From Eubacteriales bacterium (GTDB lineage: Bacteria > Bacillota > Clostridia > Oscillospirales > CAG-272): a stretch of DNA of 64,000 bases. A program made the position numbers and the translations under genes. How positions within the stretch are numbered: position 1 is the first letter of the stretch; each line of letters starts with the position of its first letter. Below, one piece after another: positions 36,261 to 45,675 of this stretch. Location: the NCBI GenBank assembly GCA_051867925.1, contig JBJDZI010000094.1, positions 48,092-112,091 on the forward strand, given 5' to 3'. The notes under the pieces were generated by a model. The model ran no database searches. It was not told the origin of the DNA and saw only the letters and a program-made list of their open reading frames with translations.

Positions 36261-36968
36261 TCAGTTCCAACGGCGCTTGTCGTAAACGCGGACGGTCAGG
36301 AAGAGGAACACGAAGGTCAGGGAGAGATAATAGACGATGGCGTTGAAGTCAAAAATACCGGAGGTAAAGTTGACGAAGCGCTCCATAATGGACAGCCAGT
36401 TGATCACCGAACGGATGACGGCGTTGTCAATATAACTGTTGAGGAAAGAGAGCAGAACGAAGAAGACCAGGATCGCCATAGTGCCCAGCGCGGAGATCAG
36501 CTGATTCTCGGTCAGAGAGGAGATGAACACGCCGACGGCAATGCAAGCCGCGCCGGAGAGCAGGATCGCCAACGAGGAACCCAGCAGAATCGCGCTGTTG
36601 GGAGTGCCGTACTGATACAGCAGGAAGAAATCCAGACAGGAGATCAGATAGGTTGCGGCGAACACGGTGTAAGCCGCCAGAAACTTTGCCGCTACCATGC
36701 CCATCAAACTGACGGGAGAGGTCAGCAGAAGCTGTTCGGTACGCATCTTCTTTTCATCGGAGAAGAGTTTCATGGTCAGCAGCGGAAGCACGATGATGAA
36801 CATATACATCAGTGTGGAGAAATAAGCAGATACGCTGCTGCCCGTTCCTGCCTGCAATGTGCAGTAAGAGAAGAGCAGACCGCTGGCGATCAGAAAGATC
36901 GCAACGAAAATGTATCCGATGGGAGAAACGAAGTAAGAACGCAGTTCTCGTTTATAAATGGCAAGCAT
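36261..36968 (-). CDS. ABC-2 type permease (GldF-like)
   Basis: 235 aa, 6 TM. MLAIYKRELRSYFVSPIGYIF is a typical ABC-2 N-terminus. Confidence 0.85.
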   Translation of the reverse strand: MLAIYKRELRSYFVSPIGYIFVAIFLIASGLLFSYCTLQAGTGSSVSAYFSTLMYMFIIVLPLLTMKLFSDEKKMRTEQLLLTSPVSLMGMVAAKFLAAYTVFAATYLISCLDFFLLYQYGTPNSAILLGSSLAILLSGAACIAVGVFISSLTENQLISALGTMAILVFFVLLSFLNSYIDNAVIRSVINWLSIMERFVNFTSGIFDFNAIVYYLSLTFVFLFLTVRVYDKRRWN

Positions 36969-36971
36969 CGG

Positions 36972-37961
36972 TTATGCCTCCTTTGCGGCGCTGTCGCGAT
37001 TGCGGCGGCGTTTTTTACGGGTAGTTTGTTCGGGTTCTTCCACTACGGAGATGAAGATGTCCTCCAGCGAAGCACCCATAGATTCGATGCCGATGATAGG
37101 CCAACCCTTGGAAGCCAGAGCATTGAAGAGCATCTTGCGGATGTCCACCCCGGGAGTGGATTCCACCAGATAGGAAGTGGAGTCGGCATCGTGACTGCCC
37201 AGCACCTCGGCGTAGGAAACGCCCTGCACACCGCGGATGGCAGACAGCACTGTGGGAGTGGGACCGCAGACCTTGATGTTCAGGCGGCGGCTTCCTTCGA
37301 AGACCTTTCCGATATCCTCGGTCTTCTCGTTTGCCACAATCTTGCCCTTGTTGATGATGATGATGCGGTCACAGACGGCTTGTACCTCAGGCAGGATGTG
37401 GGTGGACAGAATGACAGTGTGGTTCTTGCCCAGCGTCTTGATCAGATTACGGATCTCGATGATCTGCTTAGGGTCAAGACCGACGGTAGGCTCGTCAAAA
37501 ATGATAACTTTGGGGTTGCCCACCAGTGCCTGTGCGATACCCACGCGCTGACGGTAGCCCTTGGACAGGTTGCGGATCACGCGGTCATACACATCGGAGA
37601 TGCGGACGGTATCGCAGATCTCCTTCAGATGCATGGAGCGATTGAGGGTACAGCCCTTCAGATCGTAGATGAAGTTCAAATATTCTCTGACAGTCATCTC
37701 CATGTAAACGGGAGGATTCTCGGGCAGATAACCGATCTGCTTCTTGGCGGCGATGGGGTCTTCCAAAATGTCAATGCCGTTGATCTCGGCTTTTCCCGAG
37801 GTGCTGGACAGAAATCCGGTCAGCATACTCATAGTAGTGGTCTTACCTGCGCCGTTCGGACCAAGGAAGCCGACAATTTCACCCTCCTCAACGGTAAAGC
37901 TGATGTCGTTGACGGCGTATTTGTCGCCGTACCGTTTCACCAGATGCTCAATTTTTATCAT
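36972..37961 (-). CDS. ABC transporter ATP-binding protein (GldA-like, with C-terminal DUF4162-type extension)
   Basis: Trimmed to ATG 37961 (MIKIEHLVKRYGDK, AAAGGAAC SD). GPNGAGKTTT, LSKGYRQRVGIAQAL, IIFDEPTVGLD. Confidence 0.9.
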   Translation of the reverse strand: MIKIEHLVKRYGDKYAVNDISFTVEEGEIVGFLGPNGAGKTTTMSMLTGFLSSTSGKAEINGIDILEDPIAAKKQIGYLPENPPVYMEMTVREYLNFIYDLKGCTLNRSMHLKEICDTVRISDVYDRVIRNLSKGYRQRVGIAQALVGNPKVIIFDEPTVGLDPKQIIEIRNLIKTLGKNHTVILSTHILPEVQAVCDRIIIINKGKIVANEKTEDIGKVFEGSRRLNIKVCGPTPTVLSAIRGVQGVSYAEVLGSHDADSTSYLVESTPGVDIRKMLFNALASKGWPIIGIESMGASLEDIFISVVEEPEQTTRKKRRRNRDSAAKEA

Positions 37962-38101
37962 ATCTTCGTTCCTTTCAAGCAAAAAAATTGCATGGCATAC
38001 TTTCGTATTTTCCAGTATACCATACAATTGTAAACAAATCCTGAATAACAGCAAAATAATTCGATTTTTCGGAAAAATTCATCCTACCGTCACACAATCG
38101 G

Positions 38102-38905
38102 CTATAGTTTTGCTGATTTGCACTCGGTGATTCCGATGGCGGCAGCCATTGCACCCCGCAGACCTTTAGTGGCGCGATGGGAATGATAGAGAAAAGGGGA
38201 GCAACAGGTGCAATCGGCAGCGATGTCAATTTGGTCGGCAGAGATCCCCGCCTCCGTTAGAAGTGCGCAGTTCATCCCCACTAAATCGGCGTACAATGCG
38301 CCTCCCCGACGGCGAATGTGCGCATCGGCAAAGGCGGCACCGCGCAGAGTGCTGACGGCATCCACGAAATCGCTCTGCACCTCAAAACAGCAATCGTGAA
38401 TGCAAGCGCCGATCGCCACGCGGATATGCGCAAGCGACGCTCCCAGCCGAAGCATTTCGGCAACGGCGCTTTGCACAATGGAGCCGACGGTTCCCCGCCA
38501 GCCTGCATGTACGGCGGCGATCACCCCCGCCTCGGCATCCGCCAAAAGGATAGGCACGCAGTCTGCGGTCTTGACCACCAGCGTTACCCCGGGGCGATCG
38601 GTGACGAATCCGTCACAGTCGTCAAAGCATCTGCCCCGATCCGCCTCGGTGACATAGCGCACGCGGGCAGAATGGATCTGATGCGCCGACACGCGGGATG
38701 CGGGATCCAGCCCCAGTGCAGAGAAAAAGATGCGGTAGTTCTCCGCCACATTGGCTTCGCTGTCTCCCGTGTTGACAGTGAAATTCATCGACGCCAGATG
38801 CTCAAGGGTGCTGACTCCGCCCGTACGGGTGGAAAAGCCGTGGGGAATGGCGATAGTATCGGAGGCGGCGAAAATCAGCGCACCGTGATTGCGAAAGTAG
38901 AACAT
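38102..38905 (-). CDS. pgeF: YfiH/PgeF family protein (laccase-domain; peptidoglycan editing factor / purine nucleoside phosphorylase-like)
   Basis: 267 aa. HGFSTRTGGVS, QIHSARV, TADCVPILL, AVHAGWRG, CCFEV, CTCC..FYSHR. Confidence 0.85.
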   Translation of the reverse strand: MFYFRNHGALIFAASDTIAIPHGFSTRTGGVSTLEHLASMNFTVNTGDSEANVAENYRIFFSALGLDPASRVSAHQIHSARVRYVTEADRGRCFDDCDGFVTDRPGVTLVVKTADCVPILLADAEAGVIAAVHAGWRGTVGSIVQSAVAEMLRLGASLAHIRVAIGACIHDCCFEVQSDFVDAVSTLRGAAFADAHIRRRGGALYADLVGMNCALLTEAGISADQIDIAADCTCCSPFLYHSHRATKGLRGAMAAAIGITECKSAKL

Positions 38906-38986
38906 AAAGGCTCCTATCGGAAAAATGGGATCAAACGGGGGACTTCCAAGCAGAAGTCCCCCAATATGGATGCAGTACGCCCAGAA

Positions 38987-39964
38987 TCAGTTCAGTCCGA
39001 TCTTTTGCAGGCGCACGTCGCGCCCTTCGAAGCGCATCACCGTGTACTCGCCGAACAGACGGGAGGCGATGCGATCGGTATATCGGGAGCGGATCTCATC
39101 GGGCGTCAGATTGGTACTGATGATGGTCGGACGGCAGGCGACGATACGGGTGTTGATCAGGTTATACAGCACGCTGACGGTGAAACTGTTGGACAGCTCC
39201 GCCCCCAGATCGTCTATGACCAGCAGGTCGCAGGTCAGATAGCGGGAGGTGTCGGCAACCGAAGCGGTGAGACTTCTGCCAAATCGTTCCGCCTCAAAAG
39301 CGGAGAGCAGATTGGGCGCAGACTCGTAAAGCACATCAAAACCCTTCAGCACCACTTCGCCTGCAATGGCGGTGGAGAGATGAGTCTTGCCAAGTCCCGT
39401 CCCGCCGCAAAAGAGCAGACTTTCTCGGGTATCTTGGTCAAAACGGTCAGCAAATCGGCGGCAGATATCCAGATAATTCTGCATTACCCGATAAACCCGG
39501 GGATCGTGACGGTAATATTCCAGGCTGAAAGTGTCAAACCGCTGGGTTTCAAACAGATGGGAGAGTCCCGCCCGCTTCATCCCCGCTTCGCTGAGTGCCG
39601 CCTTCAGACAGCCGCACATTTTCTGCCCGACGTAGCCCGTGTCTTTGCAGACGGGACAGTTGAACTTCGGAACATCGTAGTCGGTGGGATAGCCGGCGCG
39701 CCGCAGACATGCGTCGCGCTGGGCTTGCAGATCCAGATTGTCCAGCCGAATGTTTTCCAGCCGCTCGGACAGACCTTCCTTACCCTTGGCGATCTCGTCC
39801 ATGATCATCAGACCTGTGCGGGAAAGTTCAAAGTCGATCTGCTCCACCTCGGGCAGATCGGCGTACAGCTCCCACCGACGGGCGTCGGCTGATTCGATCG
39901 CCGCCTGACGGCGGACATCCATCTGTCTGCGAACTTCCGCGAACAGTTCCTTGTTGTATCCCAT
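38987..39964 (-). CDS. DnaC/DnaI-like helicase-loader AAA+ ATPase
   Basis: 325 aa. Zn-binding-type CPVCKDTGY..CGC, Walker A GGTGLGKTHLS, Walker B LLVIDDLG, sensor ISTNL. Confidence 0.8.
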   Translation of the reverse strand: MGYNKELFAEVRRQMDVRRQAAIESADARRWELYADLPEVEQIDFELSRTGLMIMDEIAKGKEGLSERLENIRLDNLDLQAQRDACLRRAGYPTDYDVPKFNCPVCKDTGYVGQKMCGCLKAALSEAGMKRAGLSHLFETQRFDTFSLEYYRHDPRVYRVMQNYLDICRRFADRFDQDTRESLLFCGGTGLGKTHLSTAIAGEVVLKGFDVLYESAPNLLSAFEAERFGRSLTASVADTSRYLTCDLLVIDDLGAELSNSFTVSVLYNLINTRIVACRPTIISTNLTPDEIRSRYTDRIASRLFGEYTVMRFEGRDVRLQKIGLN

Positions 39965-40006
39965 AATCGTTCTCCTTTACGAAGAAATTCGGAAAATTTT
40001 GAATCC

Positions 40007-41173
40007 TCAGCTACCCTCGTGCAGTGCGAGACTGCGCTTGAGTGCCGCCTCAAAAAACTCATCGGTGGCAAAGCTGTTGTTGGGTGCCCCCGCCGCGCGG
40101 GTCTCCTTCTTCTGCTTGTATTCCTCCATCGCCGCTCTCACCTGATCGGCAGTGACATAGCCTGCCTCTTTCCAATTGGACAGGACTTTGTTGATATAGG
40201 GCATCGACGGCGCGCCCGTAGCGTCCACCGACACCTCGTAGGCGATCTTCAGCATCTCGGGCTTGACGCTCCACTTCACCCATTGCGCCAAAAACCTGCT
40301 CTCCCGATCGGTGAAGGAGCGCTTTCCCGCCCCCGACAGAGTGCGATAGTAGCCGCCCAACTCTGCCGCCGCTTCGAGCTGCCCCAAACGGTCGCCGAGG
40401 GCGTCCACATTGTCGATTCCCTCGTTATACAGCGAGCGTGCCAGTTTATCCAGATAAGGAACGCTGACTTTGCCGATCTTTCTGCAGTAATAGCAGAGCA
40501 GTAATATGTATTCACAGTCGAGACGGAAATATTCGGTCAGCGCCATGATCTTGTTGATCTCGGTGGGATTGAACAGTTTTCCGAAAATGTTCTGACACTC
40601 GTCGATCATGCCCGACAGTTCGCCGTTTTCAGCAAAAATGCGATTGATCTCCTCGGCGGTGTAGTGGGGCATTCCGTCGTCACTGCGGACGATGGTCACG
40701 CTGGCTTTTGGGGATTGGGACTTGGCAGGGGATGTCGCGTCAGTCGCAGAAGTTTCCGCAGGCACGCCCTTATCGGCGGTATCCATTGCCGCGTCCTCAG
40801 CCGTATCGCCGTTCCCATCACCGATCGGCGCGGCTGTCGAAGTGGCAGAGCCCGCAGACTCTGCCTCCTCCGCAGACTCGACTTTTTTCGGCAATGCAGG
40901 CAGAGCACCCGCTTCGGGTGCGGACTTCAGTTCGCTCTTTTTCAGCACACCTGCGCCCCGCCAAAACTCTAGCGCACCCTGCACGGCGGCGGGATCCAGT
41001 CCCAGCCGCTCTGCCACTTCGGACTTATCGAAGGCAGCACGGGTAGCGGCATCGCCAAGCGAAAGCAATACCTTCAGCTCTACCTCGCCCGCCACATTCA
41101 GCCGCTCCAGCACGGCGGCGGGGAGCGTCAGCGCATCGGTTCCGTAGAGCAGATCAATCTTCAGTTTCTTCAT
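40007..41173 (-). CDS. DnaD/DnaB_2 domain replication initiation protein with Ala/Ser/Asp-rich central linker
   Basis: 388 aa. The C-terminal half, ..FGKLFNPTEINKIMALTEYFRLDCEYILLLCYYC..YINKVLSNWKEAGY, is typical of the DnaD domain. Start overlaps the rex 3' end by 20 nt. Confidence 0.75.
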   Translation of the reverse strand: MKKLKIDLLYGTDALTLPAAVLERLNVAGEVELKVLLSLGDAATRAAFDKSEVAERLGLDPAAVQGALEFWRGAGVLKKSELKSAPEAGALPALPKKVESAEEAESAGSATSTAAPIGDGNGDTAEDAAMDTADKGVPAETSATDATSPAKSQSPKASVTIVRSDDGMPHYTAEEINRIFAENGELSGMIDECQNIFGKLFNPTEINKIMALTEYFRLDCEYILLLCYYCRKIGKVSVPYLDKLARSLYNEGIDNVDALGDRLGQLEAAAELGGYYRTLSGAGKRSFTDRESRFLAQWVKWSVKPEMLKIAYEVSVDATGAPSMPYINKVLSNWKEAGYVTADQVRAAMEEYKQKKETRAAGAPNNSFATDEFFEAALKRSLALHEGS

Positions 41174-41819
41174 TTTCCTGTTCCTTTGCGTGAATCTCGT
41201 AACAGAGGGTCATCAAAAGATCGCCTAAATGGACGTTCTCCACCGATACATTCTCGGGAGCGTCCAGTTCTTCTCCGGTAAAATTCCAGATGCCCTTCAC
41301 GCCCAGCAGAGAGAGTTGCTCCGCACTTCTGCGGGCTTGGGTTCTGGGGACTGCCAGCGCCGCAATGGAGGGATGCCATTGACGACAGCAATCGGCAAGC
41401 TGACTGATGGGAAGCACGGTGTACTCTCCCACTTCGGTACCGATCACGTCGGGATCGCTGTCGAAGATTCCCTTCAGATGAACGCCCCGTCCCACGAATG
41501 TGGTGCCTGTGGCAAGGGCTCTGCCCATATTGCCCGCGCCCACGATGATGGCGGAGTAGGACTCACCCACACCGAGGATATCTCCGATGGCTTTATATAG
41601 ATTCTTCACATTGTATCCGTAGCCCTGCTGACCGAAGCCGCCGAAGCAGTTCAGATCCTGACGGATCTGAGAGGCGGTGACATTCATCAGCCGCGCCAGT
41701 TCTCCCGAGCTGATCCGCAGGATATCCTGAGAGAGCAGTTCCCGCAGATAGCGGTAATAGCGGGGCAGGCGACCGATGACCGCCTTGGATACGGGTGTGG
41801 TTGTATTCTTGTTTTGCAT
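41154..41819 (-). CDS. rex: Redox-sensing transcriptional repressor Rex
   Basis: 221 aa. RLPRYYRYL, SSGELA..VTASQIRQDLNCFGGFGQQGYGYNV, Rossmann GAGNMGRAL. Confidence 0.9.
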   Translation of the reverse strand: MQNKNTTTPVSKAVIGRLPRYYRYLRELLSQDILRISSGELARLMNVTASQIRQDLNCFGGFGQQGYGYNVKNLYKAIGDILGVGESYSAIIVGAGNMGRALATGTTFVGRGVHLKGIFDSDPDVIGTEVGEYTVLPISQLADCCRQWHPSIAALAVPRTQARRSAEQLSLLGVKGIWNFTGEELDAPENVSVENVHLGDLLMTLCYEIHAKEQENEETED

Positions 41820-42074
41820 GAAATGACTCCGAATGGTAATTTCTTGATACGATACAGCGGTGCGCGGTTGGATGAGCGCAACCGTCCAAAGCGGGGACGG
41901 TTCCCCGTCCTTGCGAGTATTGGGCGTGCGCAGGATCGCGTCGTGATTAAAAAGTTCTTTCGGCGGCGCAAGAATTGTGCCGCTTTAGCAAAAGTTCCGG
42001 GAGGTGTCGGAACCTTCCTCCGGGAAGGTTCCGACCGGCTTGGGAGCAGAGTTACGCCCGAAGCCCCAATTCAA

Positions 42075-43241
42075 TCAAAGATTCTTCAGGGTTTCCATTA
42101 CATATGCGGCAAATTCGGCGCAGGTGCAGCCGGTGTCGCGACCGGTAATGGTCAGTTTCTTCTCCTCGAACATACAGATGTCCAGCGCGCGTGCCAGTTT
42201 GTCGGACTCTGCCTGATAGCCGATGTGGGAGAGGAGCAGAACGGTAGCGCGGAGCATGGAGCAAGGATCGGCGTACTGCGCTCTTCCCTCCTTCACCATT
42301 CTGGGTGCAGAACCGTGGATGGCTTCGAACATCGCGTACTTCTTGCCGATGTTGGCAGAGCCTGCGGTGCCTACACCGCCCTGGAACTCAGCCGCTTCGT
42401 CGGTGATAATGTCGCCGTACAGATTGGGCAGGATGAAGACCTTGAAATCACGGCGACGCTTTTCGTCCACCAGTTTGGCGGTCATAATGTCGATGAACCA
42501 CTCGTCGGTGGTAATTTCGGGATATTCCTTCGCCATCTCTTCGCACAGGCGCAGGAACTTGCCGTCTGTGGTCTTAATCACATTGGCCTTGGTGACGATG
42601 GACACGCGGTTCTTGCCGTTGGCGCGGGCGTACTCGAATGCAAGACGGGCGATTCGATTGGTACCCTCGGTGGTGGTCACCACAAAATCCATGCCCAGAT
42701 CCTCGGTCACGTGAATACCCTTGGAGCCGACTGCGTAACCGCCCTCGGTATTTTCACGGAAGAAGGTCCAGTCGATGCCCTGCTCGGGAACCGATACGGG
42801 GCGCACGTTGGCGTACAGATCCAGTTCTTTGCGCATGGCAACGTTGGCAGACTCAATATTAGGCCAAGGATCGCCGGCGCGAGGCGTGGTGGTGGGTCCC
42901 TTCAGAATGACGTTGCAGGATTTCAGTTCTGCCAGAACGTCGTCAGGGATAGCTTTCATATGAGCAACGCGGTTCTCGATGGTCAAACCGTCGATGACTT
43001 TGAAGACGATCTTGCCCTTCCCCACCTCGTCAGCCAGCATTTCGGTCAGAACGGTCTGTGCCGCCGCGGTAATGGTGGGGCCAATGCCGTCGCCGCCGCA
43101 AATGCCGATGACGATCTGTTCCTTCTTGGAATAATCCACCGCGTCGCCTGCGGCGTTGATGCGGTCTACCCGATCCAGCTGCTCGGCAAGCAGTTTCTTA
43201 AAATGTTCGGCGGCAGCCTCGATTTGTGCTTCGTATTTCAT
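42075..43241 (-). CDS. Isocitrate/isopropylmalate dehydrogenase family enzyme (most likely isocitrate dehydrogenase)
   Basis: 388 aa. GDGIGPTI, LKGPTTTP..SANVAMRKELDLYANVRP, NLYGDIITDEAAEFQGGVGTAGSANIG, FEAIHGSAP. Confidence 0.85.
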   Translation of the reverse strand: MKYEAQIEAAAEHFKKLLAEQLDRVDRINAAGDAVDYSKKEQIVIGICGGDGIGPTITAAAQTVLTEMLADEVGKGKIVFKVIDGLTIENRVAHMKAIPDDVLAELKSCNVILKGPTTTPRAGDPWPNIESANVAMRKELDLYANVRPVSVPEQGIDWTFFRENTEGGYAVGSKGIHVTEDLGMDFVVTTTEGTNRIARLAFEYARANGKNRVSIVTKANVIKTTDGKFLRLCEEMAKEYPEITTDEWFIDIMTAKLVDEKRRRDFKVFILPNLYGDIITDEAAEFQGGVGTAGSANIGKKYAMFEAIHGSAPRMVKEGRAQYADPCSMLRATVLLLSHIGYQAESDKLARALDICMFEEKKLTITGRDTGCTCAEFAAYVMETLKNL

Positions 43242-43367
43242 TGTTTGGTTTCTCCTTTGGATGTTGTGATGTATCGTCTCGATCGGAGTTCCGATCGGAG
43301 TAAACTTTTGATTTGTCTATTTTGTCAAATATATTCGTTGGGATTTTTCTGCGGAAAATCCTTGGAC

Positions 43368-43504
43368 TATTCCACATTTTCCACAGGGTTTTCCACAGGT
43401 AATTGCGAAAAATCAGTCGAAAACAGGCATTCTTTTCATTTTCGACCGTTTTTTCGGTGTCAAACTACCCGAAATCCGCTGAAAGCAGGTGAAAGTTTTC
43501 CACA
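43368..43504 (+). promoter_or_regulatory. Cluster of DnaA-box-like 9-mers (3x TTTTCCACA + 1x TATTCCACA), all in the same orientation
   Basis: Read directly: TATTCCACA 43368-43376, TTTTCCACA 43377-43385, 43389-43397 and 43496-43504 (consensus TTATCCACA). Lies between the tsaD stop and the icd-like promoter (TTGACA on the minus strand at 43328-43323). Confidence 0.45.
43408..43454. terminator. Bidirectional terminator-like hairpin downstream of tsaD
   Basis: AAAAA-TCA-GTCGAAAA (43416-43423) ..loop.. TTTTCGAC (43439-43446) -CG-TTTTTT. Confidence 0.6.
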
Positions 43505-43612
43505 CCCCTCTATGGGGAATATTCATTGCAACTTGATTCGAAATCAGCCGATTCTCCCTGTCAGGCAGTCGATTTTCCATCAAAACTTTCGTCATTTTTG
43601 CCGTATCACACT

Positions 43613-44629
43613 TTAGAATACCGACTTGCCCGAGGTGGCTTTGGCATTCAGCGAAGCATCGGCAAAATGTCCCGCCTGCGCCTCAAAATAGCCTTGGGCG
43701 GCGATCATGGCGGCGTTGTCGCCACAGAGATGTTTGGGGGTCAGACAAAGTCTGATTCCCTTTTTTCCGGCAAAATTCGACACGGCGGCGCGCAAATGGG
43801 AGTTTGCCGCCACACCGCCCGCCAAAACCAGCGTTTCGTATTGATATTCCTCGTATGCGCCCGCCAGTTGCTTGACGATGGAACGGGTGACCGTGCGGGT
43901 AAAGGAAGCGGCAACATCTTCGGGGATGAGGTCGATGCCCTTCTGCTTTTGTCCGTTGGCGTAGTTGAGGACGGCGGTCTTCAGCCCGCTGAAGCTGAAA
44001 TCCAGACTGCCGTCGATGGCGGCAGAGGGGAGTTTGATGGCTTCGGGATCACCCAAAGCCGCCAGCCGATCCATCTCAGCCCCGCCGGGATAGGGGAGTC
44101 CCAGCACGCGGGCAACCTTATCAAAGGCTTCGCCTACCGCATCGTCGCGGGTGCGGCTGACCGGGATAAACTCCGTGGGGGACTTGACATAAGTCAGCGA
44201 GGTATGTCCGCCCGACGCGATCAGCGCGAAAAAGGGCGCGTTCAGTTCGGGGAAAGCAAGATACGCCGCCGCCGCGTGCCCCTTCACATGGTTCACGGGG
44301 ATGAGGGGCTTTTTCCATGCAGAGGCAAGCCCTTTGGCAAAGTTGACACCTACCAGCAGTGCGCCGATCAGCCCGGGGGAGGCGGTGACGGCAATAGCGT
44401 CGATCCCGTCGCGGGTAACGCCCGCGTGTTCCAGCGCCAATTTGGTCAGCGAGGAGATCGCCTCGGTATGGGCGCGGGATGCAATCTCGGGAACTACGCC
44501 GCCGTAGAGGGCGTGGGTCGCCACCTGAGTGGCTACCTCGGAGGAGAGGATGCGGCGGGTGTCCTCGCGCATCTCCACCACCGCTACGGCGGTCTCGTCA
44601 CAAGAGGATTCAAATGCAAGAATAATCAT
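43613..44629 (-). CDS. tsaD: tRNA N6-adenosine threonylcarbamoyltransferase TsaD (Gcp/Kae1)
   Basis: 338 aa. MIILAFESSCDETAVAVV, HALYGGVVPEIASRAH, VTASPGLIGALLVG, NHVKGH, GGVAANSHLR. Confidence 0.93.
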   Translation of the reverse strand: MIILAFESSCDETAVAVVEMREDTRRILSSEVATQVATHALYGGVVPEIASRAHTEAISSLTKLALEHAGVTRDGIDAIAVTASPGLIGALLVGVNFAKGLASAWKKPLIPVNHVKGHAAAAYLAFPELNAPFFALIASGGHTSLTYVKSPTEFIPVSRTRDDAVGEAFDKVARVLGLPYPGGAEMDRLAALGDPEAIKLPSAAIDGSLDFSFSGLKTAVLNYANGQKQKGIDLIPEDVAASFTRTVTRSIVKQLAGAYEEYQYETLVLAGGVAANSHLRAAVSNFAGKKGIRLCLTPKHLCGDNAAMIAAQGYFEAQAGHFADASLNAKATSGKSVF

Positions 44630-44655
44630 AAGTCAACGCTTTCGTTTCGAAAAAT

Positions 44656-45207
44656 TCAGCGGTACAACCGCTTTTTCTCCCAGTACAGATGCAGACAGGG
44701 GAACAGCAGAAGGGAAAAGACCCAATACGCCACGATGTCCACCAGATAGGCGATCCACACGCCGAACAGTTCGGTCAGCGCATACTGCGGATAGAATAGA
44801 GTGGGCAGGTATCGGATATCGGGGATCAGCCACAGGAAAAAGGTGGGAATCAGACAGAAGATCGCATATGCTCCACCGCCGATCCACAGCCCGCCCTTCA
44901 GAAAGACTTTCAGATCACTGCCGAAACTGTAAGTTCTGTCGACGGTGGCAGACAGATAAGCAGTGCGCTGGATGGGGCTTTTAGCAAAGATGATCGCCAG
45001 TACCACGTAAAACAGGATCGCAAATACGGCAAACAGGATGGCATCCACCAGCCTCTCCTTCGCCGCATTTCCCCGAGCCATTTCCACAAAGATCGGGCGC
45101 AACATCAGATTCACCGCAAAGGTGACGATCATGCAGATCACGTCTGCCGCTAAAAAGTACAGCAGATGCTCGGGCAGATTGCGTAGTAATTTTCTGGTTG
45201 CATCCAT
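44656..45207 (-). CDS. Hypothetical polytopic membrane protein
   Basis: 183 aa, 4-5 predicted TM stretches, tightly packed between rimI and tsaD. No motif I recognise. Confidence 0.65.
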   Translation of the reverse strand: MDATRKLLRNLPEHLLYFLAADVICMIVTFAVNLMLRPIFVEMARGNAAKERLVDAILFAVFAILFYVVLAIIFAKSPIQRTAYLSATVDRTYSFGSDLKVFLKGGLWIGGGAYAIFCLIPTFFLWLIPDIRYLPTLFYPQYALTELFGVWIAYLVDIVAYWVFSLLLFPCLHLYWEKKRLYR

Positions 45208-45222
45208 AATGATTCCTCCGTT

Positions 45223-45675
45223 TTATCGGTTATCGTCGGCAAGGGACAGCATCATCAGGACGGCGTCCTCTCTCGGGCGGTCGTAATAGCCGCGGCGAAG
45301 TCCGATCCGCCGAAAGCCGAACTTTTCGTATAGCTTCTGCGCAGGCAGATTGGAGGCGCGCACCTCCAGATAGAACCGGGTGCAGTCACAGTTTTCCATC
45401 AGCGCCCGCAAGAGCCGACTGCCGATGCCCTGCCCTCTCACTGCAGGCGCCACACAGATGTCCGCGATCTCCCCCTCGGGCGGGATCAGATAGGCGATGA
45501 CGAAGCCGACGATGTCCCCTTCCCGGCGGGCGGCAAGAGCGCGCACCACGGGGATCATCAGCGTTGCCGCCATGGCAGATTCCGACCAAGGGTCACTAAA
45601 GGAGATCTGCTCCAGTTCCATCAGACGGGGCAGATCGGCAGGGGTGATCGGCGTAATCTCAATAGCACCGGTCAT
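45223..45675 (-). CDS. rimI: Ribosomal-protein-alanine N-acetyltransferase (GNAT)
   Basis: 150 aa. GNAT A motif VAPAVRGQGIGSRLL. Classic position next to tsaD. Confidence 0.85.
   Translation of the reverse strand: MTGAIEITPITPADLPRLMELEQISFSDPWSESAMAATLMIPVVRALAARREGDIVGFVIAYLIPPEGEIADICVAPAVRGQGIGSRLLRALMENCDCTRFYLEVRASNLPAQKLYEKFGFRRIGLRRGYYDRPREDAVLMMLSLADDNR

Noticed and set aside
38987-41173. DnaC-like + DnaD-like genes as a prophage/IS21 (IstB-like) remnant
   Set aside because: No integrase, transposase (IstA), terminase or other phage genes flank them. They sit in a core context (rex, pgeF), and their composition matches the surrounding sequence. The arrangement fits the chromosomal Firmicutes primosome set.
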